Shown here in pieces: positions 1-11,421 of a stretch of 32,000 nt of DNA. The first letter of the stretch is position 1, and every line of letters starts with the position of its first letter. The notes under the pieces were generated by a model. That model saw only the letters and a program-made list of their open reading frames with translations. It was not told the DNA's origin and made no database searches. The translations under genes were made by a program, and so were the position numbers. Source of the DNA: Candidatus Saccharimonadota bacterium (GTDB lineage: Bacteria > Bacillota_I > Bacilli_A > Mycoplasmatales > Hepatoplasmataceae); the NCBI GenBank assembly GCA_027925325.1, contig AP027133.1:300001-332000 (forward strand), read 5' to 3'.

Positions 1-1566
1 GGTGTAATTAATAGTTTTTCCTATCCACAAAAGATAGTTCCGCAAAATCAAATAAATTGAAAAGGAAAGATTATTGATTTATCCTTGGGAACAGATTTTA
101 GCGGGGTGATAATTGATACTAATTTAGATAATTATGGTGACACACTTTATATGTGAGGTAACAATAGTAATGGACAATTAGGAAATGGTAATATTGAAAA
201 TTTAAATTATCCTAAAATTATTACCCCACAAAATGAATCTTGAAATGGTAATTTAATTGATCTTGAATTGGGAGAAAAGGATTCAGCGCTTACTATTGAT
301 ACTAATTATGATGGATATGCCGATACCCTTTATATGTGAGGAAGTAATGAATTTTTGCAATTAGGTCAAGAAGATTCCAATTTAAATAATCAAATTTATC
401 CAACAATAACAGAACCAAATAATATAAATGGATTTGATGGTAATATTTTAGATTTATCGACATCAAAATATAGTTCTGGGGTAATTATTGATAATAATTT
501 AGATAATTATGGTGATACATTATATATGTGAGGGACAAATATAAATGGCGTAATTGGCAATAATATCGATTCAAATATAACTCCTACTATTATTTCCTCT
601 TTTCCTGGTAATTTAATTAAATTTGTAACGAAAAATCAAAATTCTGGTGTTACCGTTGATACTGATTTAGATGGATATGCTGATACTCTCTATATGTGAG
701 GAGATAATCAATATGGTGAAGCTGGAACAGGGGATATTGATCAAAATGTTATTTATACTCCGATAGAAATATTACCCTATTTTGGTAGTTGAGAAGGAGA
801 TATTTTAAATTACGCAATCGGTGATACTTATGCAAGTGTTGTAGTAGATAGAAATTATGATCAACATGGTGATACTTTGTATATGTGAGGAAGTAATCAA
901 TATGGTGAAATAGGATTGGCACCTTCTCCTAATGTCATTCTTCCTAACGATGTCTTTAATTTAATTAGTTATTCTATTTCCGAGCTTTTAATAACAAATA
1001 ACAATGATCATGGCTTAAATTTAAGATTATCTTTAAATGATTATTGAGATATTTTCAATATTAACAATCTTCCAGAAGTTACTTTATATGATCAATATAA
1101 TTCAGAATATTCTCTAACTTATTTAGAAGATTTATCAAATCCTGATAGTGACTTATATTATTTTGAAATTAATGATCTTAATTCAGGAACAAAATATATT
1201 TTTGAAAAAATAAAAATCGATCAATTACATTTTCATTTTCCTGAAATTATTGCAATAAGTGATTATTATATTTCTGGGATGGAAGTAAAATCAATTGGAA
1301 CTAATGATGTGGTTTTTGATCTTGATTTAATTTTGGCAGATAATTTAAATATTAGTTATTTTGATTTTAACGAAAGAAAAGTAAGAGTAAATTTTAGTAA
1401 TGATACTTATCAAGAAGCATTAATTAATAATGATCGTAGTGTTAAATTAATTAATTTAACTGCTAATACCAATTATCAAATAACTAGCATTGATTATTTT
1501 TATCAAGATCAACAATATAAATATAACTTGGTAACTGATATGGCTTTTAAAACTTTAGCAGAATAA
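1..1566 (+). CDS. RCC1-repeat (beta-propeller) protein with two C-terminal FN3/Ig-like beta modules; the 5' end runs off the window
   Basis: Frame 1 is open from base 1 to TAA 1564-1566 when the nine in-frame TGA codons are read as Trp. There are five evenly spaced copies (56-64 codons apart) of the RCC1 blade signature ...(G/A)DTLYMWG.N..G(Q/E/V)(L/I/A)G. The Trp in each copy is encoded by TGA (154, 337, 529, 697, 886). The tail from ~950 has two ~95-aa beta-rich modules (...LNSGTKYIFEKIKID; ...LTANTNYQITSIDYF). Confidence 0.8.
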
Positions 1567-1568
1567 AA

Positions 1569-2240
1569 TTAATTATCTTTTGGCCAAACTCATTCTCCAA
1601 ATAATGGGTGCTGAGGGAAAATACCTGATCAGTGGGCAATTTTTTTATTAATATAAAAAGTAAAAATAAAATCACGATGCAAAATTACTTCTTTTTGATT
1701 CAAATCTAATAATTTTGCATCTATTCTAATTTTTTTACTTTTAGCATCAATAATAATGTAATTTATAATAAATTTTACAAAACTTTTATCATATCTTATT
1801 TCAACATTTATTTTACTATTTAATAATCTTTTATTTTTCCAATTAATTTTTATAAGTTCATGTCTTATTGTTTCTTTATGTTCAAGAATTTTTCCATACA
1901 AATCTTCATCAGCTTCAATTCTTAATGGGATATTTATCTTAGTTGTAATTAAATTAGCTCCTCAAAAACTGTTGAGACTATTTTTAATGTATCTTCGTTT
2001 TGTAATTGGAATAATAATAAATGATTGGATGATAATGGCAATAATTACAGAAAAAGTAGCGATTTCTAAATTATTTGTTATATTCTCATTTGATACCGTT
2101 AAAATTTCAGTAATCGATAGAAAACTTAATATTAAAACAGCAATATGAAGTAATGTTGCAAAAAATTCTAATATTTTATATCAATTTGAACCAACAATTA
2201 AAATATCTTGTTTTTCATGTATTTTTTTAATATTAATCAT
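1569..2240 (-). CDS. hypothetical membrane protein (two N-terminal TM helices plus a ~120-aa beta-rich domain; possibly bacterial PH/YdbS-like)
   Basis: ATG 2240 is preceded by AAAGGTGAT. Track fragment 1629..1901 extends on both sides through in-frame TGA codons to TAA 1569-1571, 3 nt from the convergent RCC1 gene stop. The product is 223 aa. The fold guess rests only on the TM + beta pattern. Confidence 0.6.
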
Positions 2241-2263
2241 AATCACCTTTTTAATGTCTTTAA

Positions 2264-3568
2264 TTATATATCAAATATTTTTTTCTCAAATAAAATAATG
2301 ATTCAAATTAATTGTTGATAAATAATAATTTGATAAAAATTAAATGAATTATAATAAAGTAAAATTTTAAAATCCTTAAGTAAAAATAAAAGTGATAAAA
2401 GAGGAATAAATCCATATGTAACTATATCTCAACTAAAAGGAAAAAATATCGAAAAAAATAAGATAAAATAAGTTATTTTTATAATTGGATTTAAAATAAT
2501 GCAGATTAAAGGTGATAATAAATTAATATTTCCTGATCAATTAATTACAAAAGGAAAAGAAATCATAAAAATAAAGATATTGAGAATAACAAATTTATAA
2601 AGATTATTTTTAATTTTTATTTGATGAAAAAATTTATATGCAAAAGAAATTAAAAAAGATAATATTAAACCTGAATTTAAGGCCGAATAAGGATTATAAG
2701 TAAGAAAGAATAATCCAGTAAGAGCAATGGAATTAAAATTTCCTTTTTTAATCTTTTTATTTTGCTTACAAAAATAATCAATTAATGATTTTATTCCTGT
2801 AATGGGAAAGTAAAAAAAATAAAGATAATAGGTAGTTAATAAAAATAAAATTAAATTTTTAATAAGATCCTTCTTAATTATTTTTTTTAATCAAAAATTG
2901 TTTATTTTGATAATTAGAAGAATATGGAATCCAGAAATTATGATTAAAAAACTAATTCCTAAATTTTGAAATAAATTAGCTAGATCTTGATTGTAAATTG
3001 TCTCTTTTTTATATAAAAATAATAATGATAATTGATTATAAATTTGTTTTCTATTTACCAATTTTAAATAAATTAAATTACGAAATGATTGATGGGCATA
3101 TTCTTCTATTTGATAATAATCACTATATCCATAATAAACAGCATGATTTGTTAATAACAAAAAATTAAATGAATTATATTCTTGTTCAATCGGATAATAA
3201 TAGCAATTAAAACTTATTATAGTATGAGGAATTAAATCAGTACAATAATCACTAAAGATAACAAAATAAAAATTTTGTTCTTCTTTTACTAAACAGGATT
3301 TAGAATAACTTTTAATTACTTCCCCTTGATGTTGATAATTTTGATTGGGATTTAAATTACTTAAAAAGTAATTTAAAATAAACAAATGAATAAAAATTAA
3401 AAAGTAAAGCAATATAAAAAAATATCCACCATATTTAAATGTATAGTGGATACCAAAAATAAATGATAAGGATAAGAAAATTATTGTAAATTTTAAAAAA
3501 TATGCATAAAAAAGAATCAATAAATATATCAAAAGATAAAAAAATTTATTTTCATTTTTCCTAAGCAC
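2264..3568 (-). CDS. comEC: ComEC/Rec2-like competence-domain membrane protein (short form, no metallo-beta-lactamase domain)
   Basis: Start is GTG 3568 (no in-frame ATG is available) and stop is TAA 2264-2266, giving 434 aa that are polytopic. ...QNLGISFLIIISGFHILLII... matches the ComEC 'SHLLAISGLH'-type signature. Fragment 2891..3568 continues through TGA codons; I translated the whole 3' half. Confidence 0.65.
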
Positions 3569-3599
3569 ATATCTAATTTAGCAATAAATTTATCTTTTT

Positions 3600-4880
3600 C
3601 TACTTTTTTTGATGATAATAAATTTTAAAAATTGATCAAGTTAAGATAATTATTGCCGGATTTAAAATAAACATTGATATATAATAAGGATTTGTTTTAT
3701 ATCCATTTGATAGTAAAATAGAAATTCCTTCATTATAAATACCAGGATTGATTCCTACATTACTAATTCGAACATAAATAACAAAACCTTGCTGTTCTAA
3801 TGAAATTGGACCACCGTTTGCTTCAATTTGATTACGAGAGATCGGATAAATAATAAATTTATCGAGAGAATAAAATAAGACTAAATTAATCAAAATTAAA
3901 ATAACAAATAGATAATAAACAAAATTAATTCTTTTATTTATTTTCACTTTATCACTAAGATCTTTATAGAAAACATTATAAACTCAATAAGAAACAGCAA
4001 AAAGAAAGATAAATATTCAAATTGTAAGTAAAAGATAAGAAGGAATATTATTATTTGCTCCTAATCATTTACTTTTCGGAGCGATAGCATCGGTAAAATT
4101 AACACTTAATGGTCCAGGAAGAGCTTCGCTTATTGTATCTTGTAAACCATATATATCAATAAATTTAACATTTGCGGAATTTAATCCGAATGTTCCTAAT
4201 CCTTGTAATCCTTGAAAAGAAAAAGTCATTGAGATAAAAGCTAAAATTAAAGTTGTATTTACGGTATATCGATATTTAATTTCATTTTTAATTTTTAATT
4301 TTTGATAATAAAATAAACTACCAATTAATAAAATAACAATAATACTTATAATTCATAACGATGAAAATAAATTATTAAAGATATCTAGATTATCAACAAT
4401 TAATAGATAATTTAAAGCTACTTTCAAACCTTCATTATCCAATAATTGCAAAAAAGTTGCAGCATCTGCATTTGGGTTTAATTCATTTTTAAATAAAGTA
4501 TTAGCAAAAGTAATTGCTAATAAAACTTGTAATGATAATAAAACAAAAGTTGCAACATAAATTGCGCCATATGTAATAAGAATAGATCTTCTTTTATGAG
4601 GATCATCTGTCTTTCATGTATTTATTAATCACAATAATATCAGTAAAAATAAAATACCAACAAAAACCAAACAAGTGATTGAAAATCATTCAAGATTCGT
4701 GCAAAGAAAGGCTTCGCCAAAATAATGATCGGTATATTTACCCAAAATTAAAAAGTAAAAAATTCCGAATCAAGTCAAGATTAAAATTAAAAATGTACCT
4801 CATTTACTTTTTCAAAAATTTTTAAATTGCTCTCAATTATTATTATTTTTTATATTACTTCTTGTATTTACATTTTCCAT
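3600..4880 (-). CDS. hypothetical polytopic membrane protein (426 aa)
   Basis: ATG 4880 to TAG 3600-3602 has no TAA/TAG in frame and many TGA=Trp codons, which is why only the last 103 aa appear in the track (3636..3947). There are several hydrophobic helices plus a ~100-aa loop. No family was recognised. Confidence 0.6.
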
Positions 4881-4937
4881 AAATTAATTCTCTAGATTTT
4901 TAATTGCTTTAATTTTAAAATAATTTTAATAAAATAA

Positions 4938-5651
4938 TTATTTTATTTCCTTTTTAATTTTTTTAGAATCATCTTTCTTTTTACTTTTTTTCTTTTTTTT
5001 ATGTTCTTTATAAAGAATTATTAAATTAGTTTGATGACGATAGACAATTAAAATAAATGCTAATCAGATAATTACAACAGCAGTTACTGTTTGTGATCAA
5101 TCAAATAATGGTCAACCGTCACTAAGATAAGGATTAAAAGTTCCTAATAAAGCAATTGAAAATACCGCTCCAATTGATGAATATGTAACTTTATATTTTG
5201 TTGAATAAAATATTATTAAAAATATAATTCCTCCAATTGCACAAAAAATTCAGTTTATTGCAAGCATAAAACCAAATGTCGTTGCAACTCCTTTTCCACC
5301 CTTGAATTTAAATCAAATTGGCCAAACATGTCCAATGACAACAAAAAAAACAGCAATTGCAATATAATCCTCCACTGCTTTAAAAATATTATCACCACTG
5401 TTATAAGTCAAATTAATTGATAATTCTGTAAAAATTATCGCAACAATAAAAGCTTTTAAAAAATCAAAAAGGAAAACAAGTATGAATGCCTCTTTTCCAA
5501 ATGTTCTTCCGGCATTTGTTGCTCCATAATTTTTCGAACCTACTTTTCCTAGATCAACTTTTTTGTATTTTGAAAGAAGTTGTCCTGCGTTCATTGATCC
5601 AATGAGATAGGCGATGATTGAATATAAGAGTAGTCCTAAAAATATCTCCAT
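4938..5651 (-). CDS. plsY: glycerol-3-phosphate acyltransferase PlsY
   Basis: The sequence ...GSKNYGATNAGR... and ...[21 protein letters not shown]... carry the PlsY signatures. Fragment 5313..5651 extends through TGA codons to TAA 4938-4940 (237 aa), ending in a Lys-rich tail. Confidence 0.85.
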
Positions 5652-5795
5652 TTTGGTAAAATTAATTCAATTATTCATATTATATATGAATATAAATTTA
5701 TATTTAATATCTATGATATTTATTATTAAAATTGTGTAAAATTATACTTATAATATTGCTTTTTTGAAATTAAATTTGATAGAGAGGCATTTTTA

Positions 5796-6680
5796 ATGGT
5801 TAGAACAACGGATAAAACAAAAAAAAAGAATAGAAAAAATTATTGAGATTTAATCGCAATTAATAAAAAATATCGTAATTGAAAAACAATTTTATTAGCA
5901 GAATTGATTGGGACATATTTATTAACACTTTGAATTATTCTTCCTTCATCAGTTGATTTTGATGGAATGAATAATTGATGAGGATATATTTGAACTTTAA
6001 TGATTATGAAGGCATTTTGAGTTGCGGCCTTTATTGTATTAATTGTATATGTTTTAAGATATATATCGGTAAATTTAAATCCCGCTGTTACAATTGCTGA
6101 AATTGCAAAAGGAAATGATAAATTACCGATCGGAATTGCTAAAATAAATGTTCAATTTGTCGGCGGAATTATGGCTGGTTTTACCGGATTAGGATTAGCA
6201 ATTCTAACCGATAATAATACATCAACTCTTGATGCTATTAGTCCGCTTGTAAGATATTATGATTGAGGTAATATCGGAGCAAATGGATGATATGATAATC
6301 CAATAATCTCTAAGAGTTATTATGATTTTAATGGCGGGCAAGCTGGATTTGTTATGTCTACAATGATTCTTGAATTTATCTATACATTTGCATTACTAGC
6401 AAGTATATTTTATTGAGATGATAAAGTAAGTCATAACATGAGACCACTTGTAATAGGGGTTATTGTTTGAATTGCAGTTACATTGGGAGTAAGAACAAAT
6501 AATATTGCTTTAAATCCAGCAAGATTAGTTGGACCAGCAATTGCACAGACAACTTCTGATTATTTAATCTCTCCAATTAATTACACAGATTGAATGTGAG
6601 TATATTTAATTAGTGAATTTGCTGCTGCTGCTGTTTTTGGAATGATTGAGTTAAATAAGCGAAATAAATTAGAAATTTAA
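5796..6680 (+). CDS. glpF: MIP-family channel (glycerol facilitator/aquaporin-like)
   Basis: ATG 5796 follows AGAGAGG and the stop is TAA 6678-6680, giving 294 aa with the frame checked. Two NPA boxes are present: NLNPAVT (6078-6086) and LNPARLVGP (6513-6521). The gene is absent from the ORF track because of frequent TGA=Trp. Confidence 0.85.
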
Positions 6681-6695
6681 GCATCATAACATATA

Positions 6696-6737
6696 AAATC
6701 TAACAATTTTAATTGTTAGATTTTTGTTCTTTTTTTA
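6696..6737 (+). terminator. intrinsic terminator downstream of glpF
   Basis: An inverted repeat AAATCTAACAA(TT) / (AA)TTGTTAGATTT gives an 11-13 bp stem including two G:C pairs. It is followed by TTGTTCTTTTTTT. Confidence 0.55.
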
Positions 6738-6806
6738 TAAAGTGAGAAAATTATATTAGTACAAGGGTTTATTTAATGTTGTAAAGAATAATTTCAAGAG
6801 GGAAAG

Positions 6807-8396
6807 ATGAAACTAGCGAAAATTTATATTAAAAGATTTAAAAATATAGAGAATTTGGAGATAAATTTTGAGAAATATAAGAATCTAATAAGTATCATCG
6901 GTTTAAATAATATTGGAAAAACAAATATTTTAGAAGCAATATATTTTTTTGAAACTTTAAAAATAAAAAAGCTTCGGAAAAATGAAGAAAAATTACAAAG
7001 TGTGAGTTTTTATTATAAACTAGATCAAGATGATCAAAATATTTTCTTTGATAATTATCTTGAAGAAACAAGATTAATTGATATAAATAATTATAAAAAA
7101 AATGAAAAGTATTTAAATGAAAAACATGAAAAGCAATTTAATAAAACATATAATAAAAGCAAATCAAATTGAGAAAAATTAAGAATTTTTGAAATTAATG
7201 TAAGTTGAGATAATGAGAAAAAAGAATATATTCGATATTTTCCTGAAGAAATTATTAATTCAAAATATTTTTATAATAAAATTTATCAAGAAAATAAATT
7301 TAAGGTTTTTTATTTTGATAAAACCGTAAAGAAAAATTTTCTCGAAAATCAATTTTTACTTAAAAATAAAATCTTTAAACAAATATTGAAAAATATTGGA
7401 TATGAAGATTTTATTGTTAATTTTTATAATTACAATGATATTGAATTAAATGATTGAATTGAAAAAATAGAAAAATCTCTTGCCGTTTTTCTTTTTGATA
7501 ATTGAAATGATAATTTTAGCATAAAATATAGTGTGAAATTGATATTAATAGATCGAAAAGAAGGAAAATTTTCTTTAATAATTAGTAACAAAAATAATAA
7601 AAAAAATAATTTTCAATTAGAAGAAAGTAGCGATGGATTAACTTCAATTATTCTTATGAAATTATCAATCGGAGAAACCTTTTCTAAAAGATTAATTTTG
7701 ATTGATGAACCGAATACTTTTTTACACTCATCTGCACAAATTAAATTATTAAAGTATTTTAAAAAAATAGTAGCAAAAAATGATTGTAAACTAATTTATA
7801 CGACACATTCTGAGCATCTTGTAGATTCTGATGTTCCTGTAATTTATAAAGGAAAATTAAATTGGGAGATAAAAATAATAAATGATATAAAAGAATATCA
7901 AAATATTCAGCTAAAAGTTTTAGCGAATAATCTATTAATTAATAATCCTATTAATTTAATTTTGAAAAAAGAAAAAGATTTTTATAAATTCATTGAATTC
8001 TATAATAAAAAAGAATATAAAATGTCTCTTACTTATATTCATACGTTATTAGAAAAAGAATTAAATATATTCATCTATAAATTAAATTTAAATGATCAAA
8101 TTAGCAAAAAAAATAATATGTATGATAAATTAAAATTAATTTTAGAAAAAATTGAATTTGATAATTTTAAATTGAATTTACCAGCAGAAAAACAATTAAT
8201 TGAAATTATTAAAAATAACTTTAAAAATACACTCTATCTTTCATCTTTTCGAAATAGTGCAAGTTATGCTCATACCAATAGAATAAAAGATATTGATCTT
8301 GAAAATATCATTCCGATTGTTATTTTTACTTATCTTGCAAATATTGAATTTTTGCGAAGATTTACAGAGATTATAATTGAGAGGAAAGAAGAATAA
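6807..8396 (+). CDS. orphan ABC/OLD-type (AAA_15/21-like) ATPase with a C-terminal helical domain bearing an RNx5H (HEPN-like) motif; candidate PrrC-like abortive-infection/defence nuclease
   Basis: ATG 6807 follows AGAGGGAAAG. Track fragments 6807..7172 and 7533..8396 share a frame and are joined by a stretch with four TGA and no TAA/TAG, giving 529 aa. Motifs seen are Walker A IIGLNNIGKTNILEAI, signature-like SSDGLTSIIL, Walker B/D-loop RLILIDEPNTFLH, and H-loop LIYTTHSEHL. The C-terminal ~190 aa contain FRNSASYAHTN (8250-8273). Confidence 0.75.
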
Positions 8397-9321
8397 ATTT
8401 AGCGATAAATAATTGATAATTTGTTGAACTATAGTTTGATTTAAAAAGAATTAGACTTTTAATTAATTTATTGATAATTTCTTCAATATATTGGTAACTA
8501 TAATTATTTGCGTTCTCGATGATTTTTTTTAGTCTATATTTATTTAAATTTAAATCTAAAATTGATGTTTTTTGTTTTAGCTTTAAATTTTGATAATTTT
8601 TAATTAAAAGTAAATATTGTAATTCCTTAATTAAGTATTCTATTATCATGATTGGTGATATATTTTTAGTTTTAAGAGAATTCAAAATTTTACTTAAGTT
8701 AGAAATATTTTTTGCAAGTAACGAATCATATAATTTAAAAATGTTTTCACCTACATAATCATAAATAATTAAATCGAGATCATTTGTAATGCTTTTATCT
8801 TTTAATAAAGAAATTTTTTTTAATTCATTATGTAAGATATCATAATCATATTTTACATATCCAAGTATTTTATTAATTTTATAGGAATCAAAAAAAAGAT
8901 TATCTTGTTTTAATTTTTCTCTTAAAAATTTATTAATTTCCATTTTACTAGGAATTTGTTTATAGATTAAATTAATTTTTTTTGCTTTTAAAAATTCATT
9001 TAAGAAAAGATTATTTTTGCTCAATTTATTTGTTTTAAAAATTAAAAAATTATCATTTTTTGCATTAAATAAAATATTTATTTTTTTGATAAATTTTTTA
9101 TCTAAAATTTTTTTCTCCAAAAATAAACAATTATTGATAATAATAATTTTTTTTTCTCCAAAAATAGAATTACTTAAATATTGATCAAAAGCTCTTGCAA
9201 ATTGATTTTCAGTGTAATCAAAAATAAAAATTTGTTCTCTTTTAAAATTAGCAAATTTAATAATATTTTCAACTTCTTCTTTTTTAATAAAAAAACTCTC
9301 TGATTGAATAATATATTTCAT
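8371..9321 (-). CDS. holA: DNA polymerase III delta subunit (HolA)
   Basis: This is a contiguous 316-aa ORF. Its N-terminal Rossmann-like part is ...EKKIIIINNCLFLEKK... and its C-terminal helical part is ...KLYDSLLAKNISNLSKILNSLKTKNISPIMIIEYLIKELQYLLLIK..., typical of HolA domain III. The assignment is by pattern, not by search. Confidence 0.6.
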   Translation of the reverse strand: MKYIIQSESFFIKKEEVENIIKFANFKREQIFIFDYTENQFARAFDQYLSNSIFGEKKIIIINNCLFLEKKILDKKFIKKINILFNAKNDNFLIFKTNKLSKNNLFLNEFLKAKKINLIYKQIPSKMEINKFLREKLKQDNLFFDSYKINKILGYVKYDYDILHNELKKISLLKDKSITNDLDLIIYDYVGENIFKLYDSLLAKNISNLSKILNSLKTKNISPIMIIEYLIKELQYLLLIKNYQNLKLKQKTSILDLNLNKYRLKKIIENANNYSYQYIEEIINKLIKSLILFKSNYSSTNYQLFIAKFILLSSQL

Positions 9322-9373
9322 ATTAGTACTATTATAAATTATTTATAATTTATAAAACAATTAAAAATTTATC

Positions 9374-10690
9374 ATGGAAAAAACAATTTTAACAATAGAT
9401 GTTGATGCCTTTTTTGCTCAAGTAGAAGAAATTAAAAATCCAAAATATAAAAAAAAGCCAATTGCAATCGGAAAGAAAATTAATGGAAAAGGAGTAATTA
9501 GCACTTGCAATTATATTGCTCGTAAATACGGTGTTTATTCAGGAGAACCGATCTTTAAGGCTAAAAAAAAATGTGTAAATTTAATTTTAATCGAACCAAA
9601 TTTTAATGATTATATTTTTTATTCAGAAAAAATATTTAAGATTATAAATAGTTTTTCTAACATCATTGAAATATCTTCAATTGATGAATGTTATGTTGAT
9701 ATTACAAAATTAATAAAGAATAATCAAAATGCTTTTTTTTGAGCAAAAAAAATTCAATCTAAAATTTTTAATGATTTAAAAATCACTGTTTCAATTGGAA
9801 TTTCTAATCGTAAAATTCTTGCTAAAATCGCTTCAAAAAGAAAAAAACCATTTGGAATTTATTCAATTTATCAAAATGAAATAAAAGAAAAATTATGATT
9901 ATTACCGATCAATGAATTTCATGGAATCGGATTGCAAACTGCTCGTAAATTTAATAATTTAAATTTATATAAAGTTGAAGATCTTGCAAAATTAAAAAAG
10001 AAAGATCAATATACAATTTTGCGAAATATGATTGGCAAAAATCTTGATCTTTTGATCGATGAGGCAAATGGTATTGGCAATGATAATTTAGATACAAAAG
10101 AAAAAGATTTAAAATCTATTTCTTTTCATGAAACTTTTAAAGCTCCTATTTTAGATTATAAAATCCTTATTGCTAAATTAAAAAAACTTACAATTAAAGC
10201 GGTCCAAAAATTAAATTATCGAAATCTTGCGACAAGAGTTGTATTTTTGATAACAAAAGATAATAAAAGCGAAAGTAGAATTGAAAATACGATTGAAAAG
10301 GCAATATTATTAAGAAAAATTAAAAGTAAAAGAATCTTATTAGATCACTATGAAGATAATTTTGAAATCATCTTCTCTTTTGTTTTAAAATTATTTGATG
10401 ATCATTATCAAGAAAAAGAATTTAATTTTATAGGAGTGGGATTAGGTGAACTTAAAAATAAGATTTATCTTAAAAAACAAATGAAATTTGATGATGATTT
10501 TAATGAATATTTTATTAAAAAAGAAAATAAAACTATAAATAGCAAATTAGATGATCTAATTTTAAATATTAATAGTTTCTTTAATCAAAAAATTTTAATA
10601 AAAGGGAATTATCTTTTAAAAGATAACAAGTATCAGGATCGTAGTTTTTCAAATCGCGATCAAATTAAATTTAAAGCTTGAGGGAAATAA
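9374..10690 (+). CDS. dinB: DNA polymerase IV (Y-family, DinB)
   Basis: Motifs seen are TIDVDAFFAQVEE, SIDECYVDIT, SIGISNRKILAKIASKRKKP and HGIGLQTARKF. Fragments 9374..9742 and 9932..10681 share a frame and are joined through TGA codons. The final TGA 10679 is read through to TAA 10688-10690 (438 aa). Confidence 0.85.
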
Positions 10691-10692
10691 TT

Positions 10693-11421
10693 TTATTTAT
10701 CAAAGCAGTTTAAATTTTTAATTCTTTTATGTTCGCTGTTTTTATGACAAGCTATAATTTTGGAACTTATTTTCTTATCTAAATTAGGATCATTTTGTCA
10801 ATATCTTTCAAGATCTTCATATTTAAATCCTAATTCCTTTTCATCTGTCTGTCCACATCAAAGATCAGCACTTGGTTTTTGTTTAAGTATTTTTGTAGGA
10901 AGTTTTAGCAATAAACCTAATTGATAGATTTCTGATTTTTTAAATTTTGCAATTGGATAAATATCTGCAGCTCCATCTCCTCATTTTGTAAAATAACCCA
11001 AATACATTTCAGAATAATTTGATGTTCCGATAACAAGATAGTCTTTCATATTTGCATAAGCATATAAAGCATTCATTCTTAATCTTGCTTTGATATTACC
11101 TTCAATTAATAAGTTATTATTACCGGAAATATTTAAATCTTTTAAAAAGGCATTAAAACTATTTTCAAGATTTATTAATTGATGATTAATTTTAAATTTA
11201 TCAACTATCAACTTAAAATTATTATGTGCTTCATCTGAAGAATTAATATTTAAAAAAATACCTTCTGTATTTTTTGGAAAAGCAATCTTTGCTAATACAG
11301 CACAAACTGCACTATCTATTCCCCCTGAAATAGCGATGCAAACTCCTTTTGCATTAGCTTTTTTTACTTCTTCTCTAATTCAATTTACAATTTCTTTAAT
11401 TTTTGTTTCTTTTATTTTCAT
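10693..11421 (-). CDS. nadE: NH3-dependent NAD+ synthetase
   Basis: The gene runs from ATG 11421 to TAA 10693-10695 (242 aa). It has the PP-loop CIAISGGIDSAVCA and ...[25 protein letters not shown]... Track fragment 10981..11211 is extended both ways. Confidence 0.85.

Noticed and set aside
1567-1628. A relatively G+C-rich patch between the RCC1 gene and track ORF 1629..1901, which looked like a possible sRNA or bidirectional terminator (contains CTGATCAG).
   Set aside because: The track ORF ends at a TGA. Under code 4 the patch is the C-terminal coding tail (..HWSGIFPQHPLFGEWVWPKDN) of the minus-strand gene, ending at 1569. No convincing stem-loop is present.
5652-5795. TATAAT-like hexamers in the divergent plsY/glpF spacer (e.g. 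5749-5754) and the holA/dinB spacer (9344-9349), considered as promoters.
   Set aside because: Such hexamers are ubiquitous in nearly pure A/T spacers. Without a matching -35 or TG extension I cannot support specific promoter calls.
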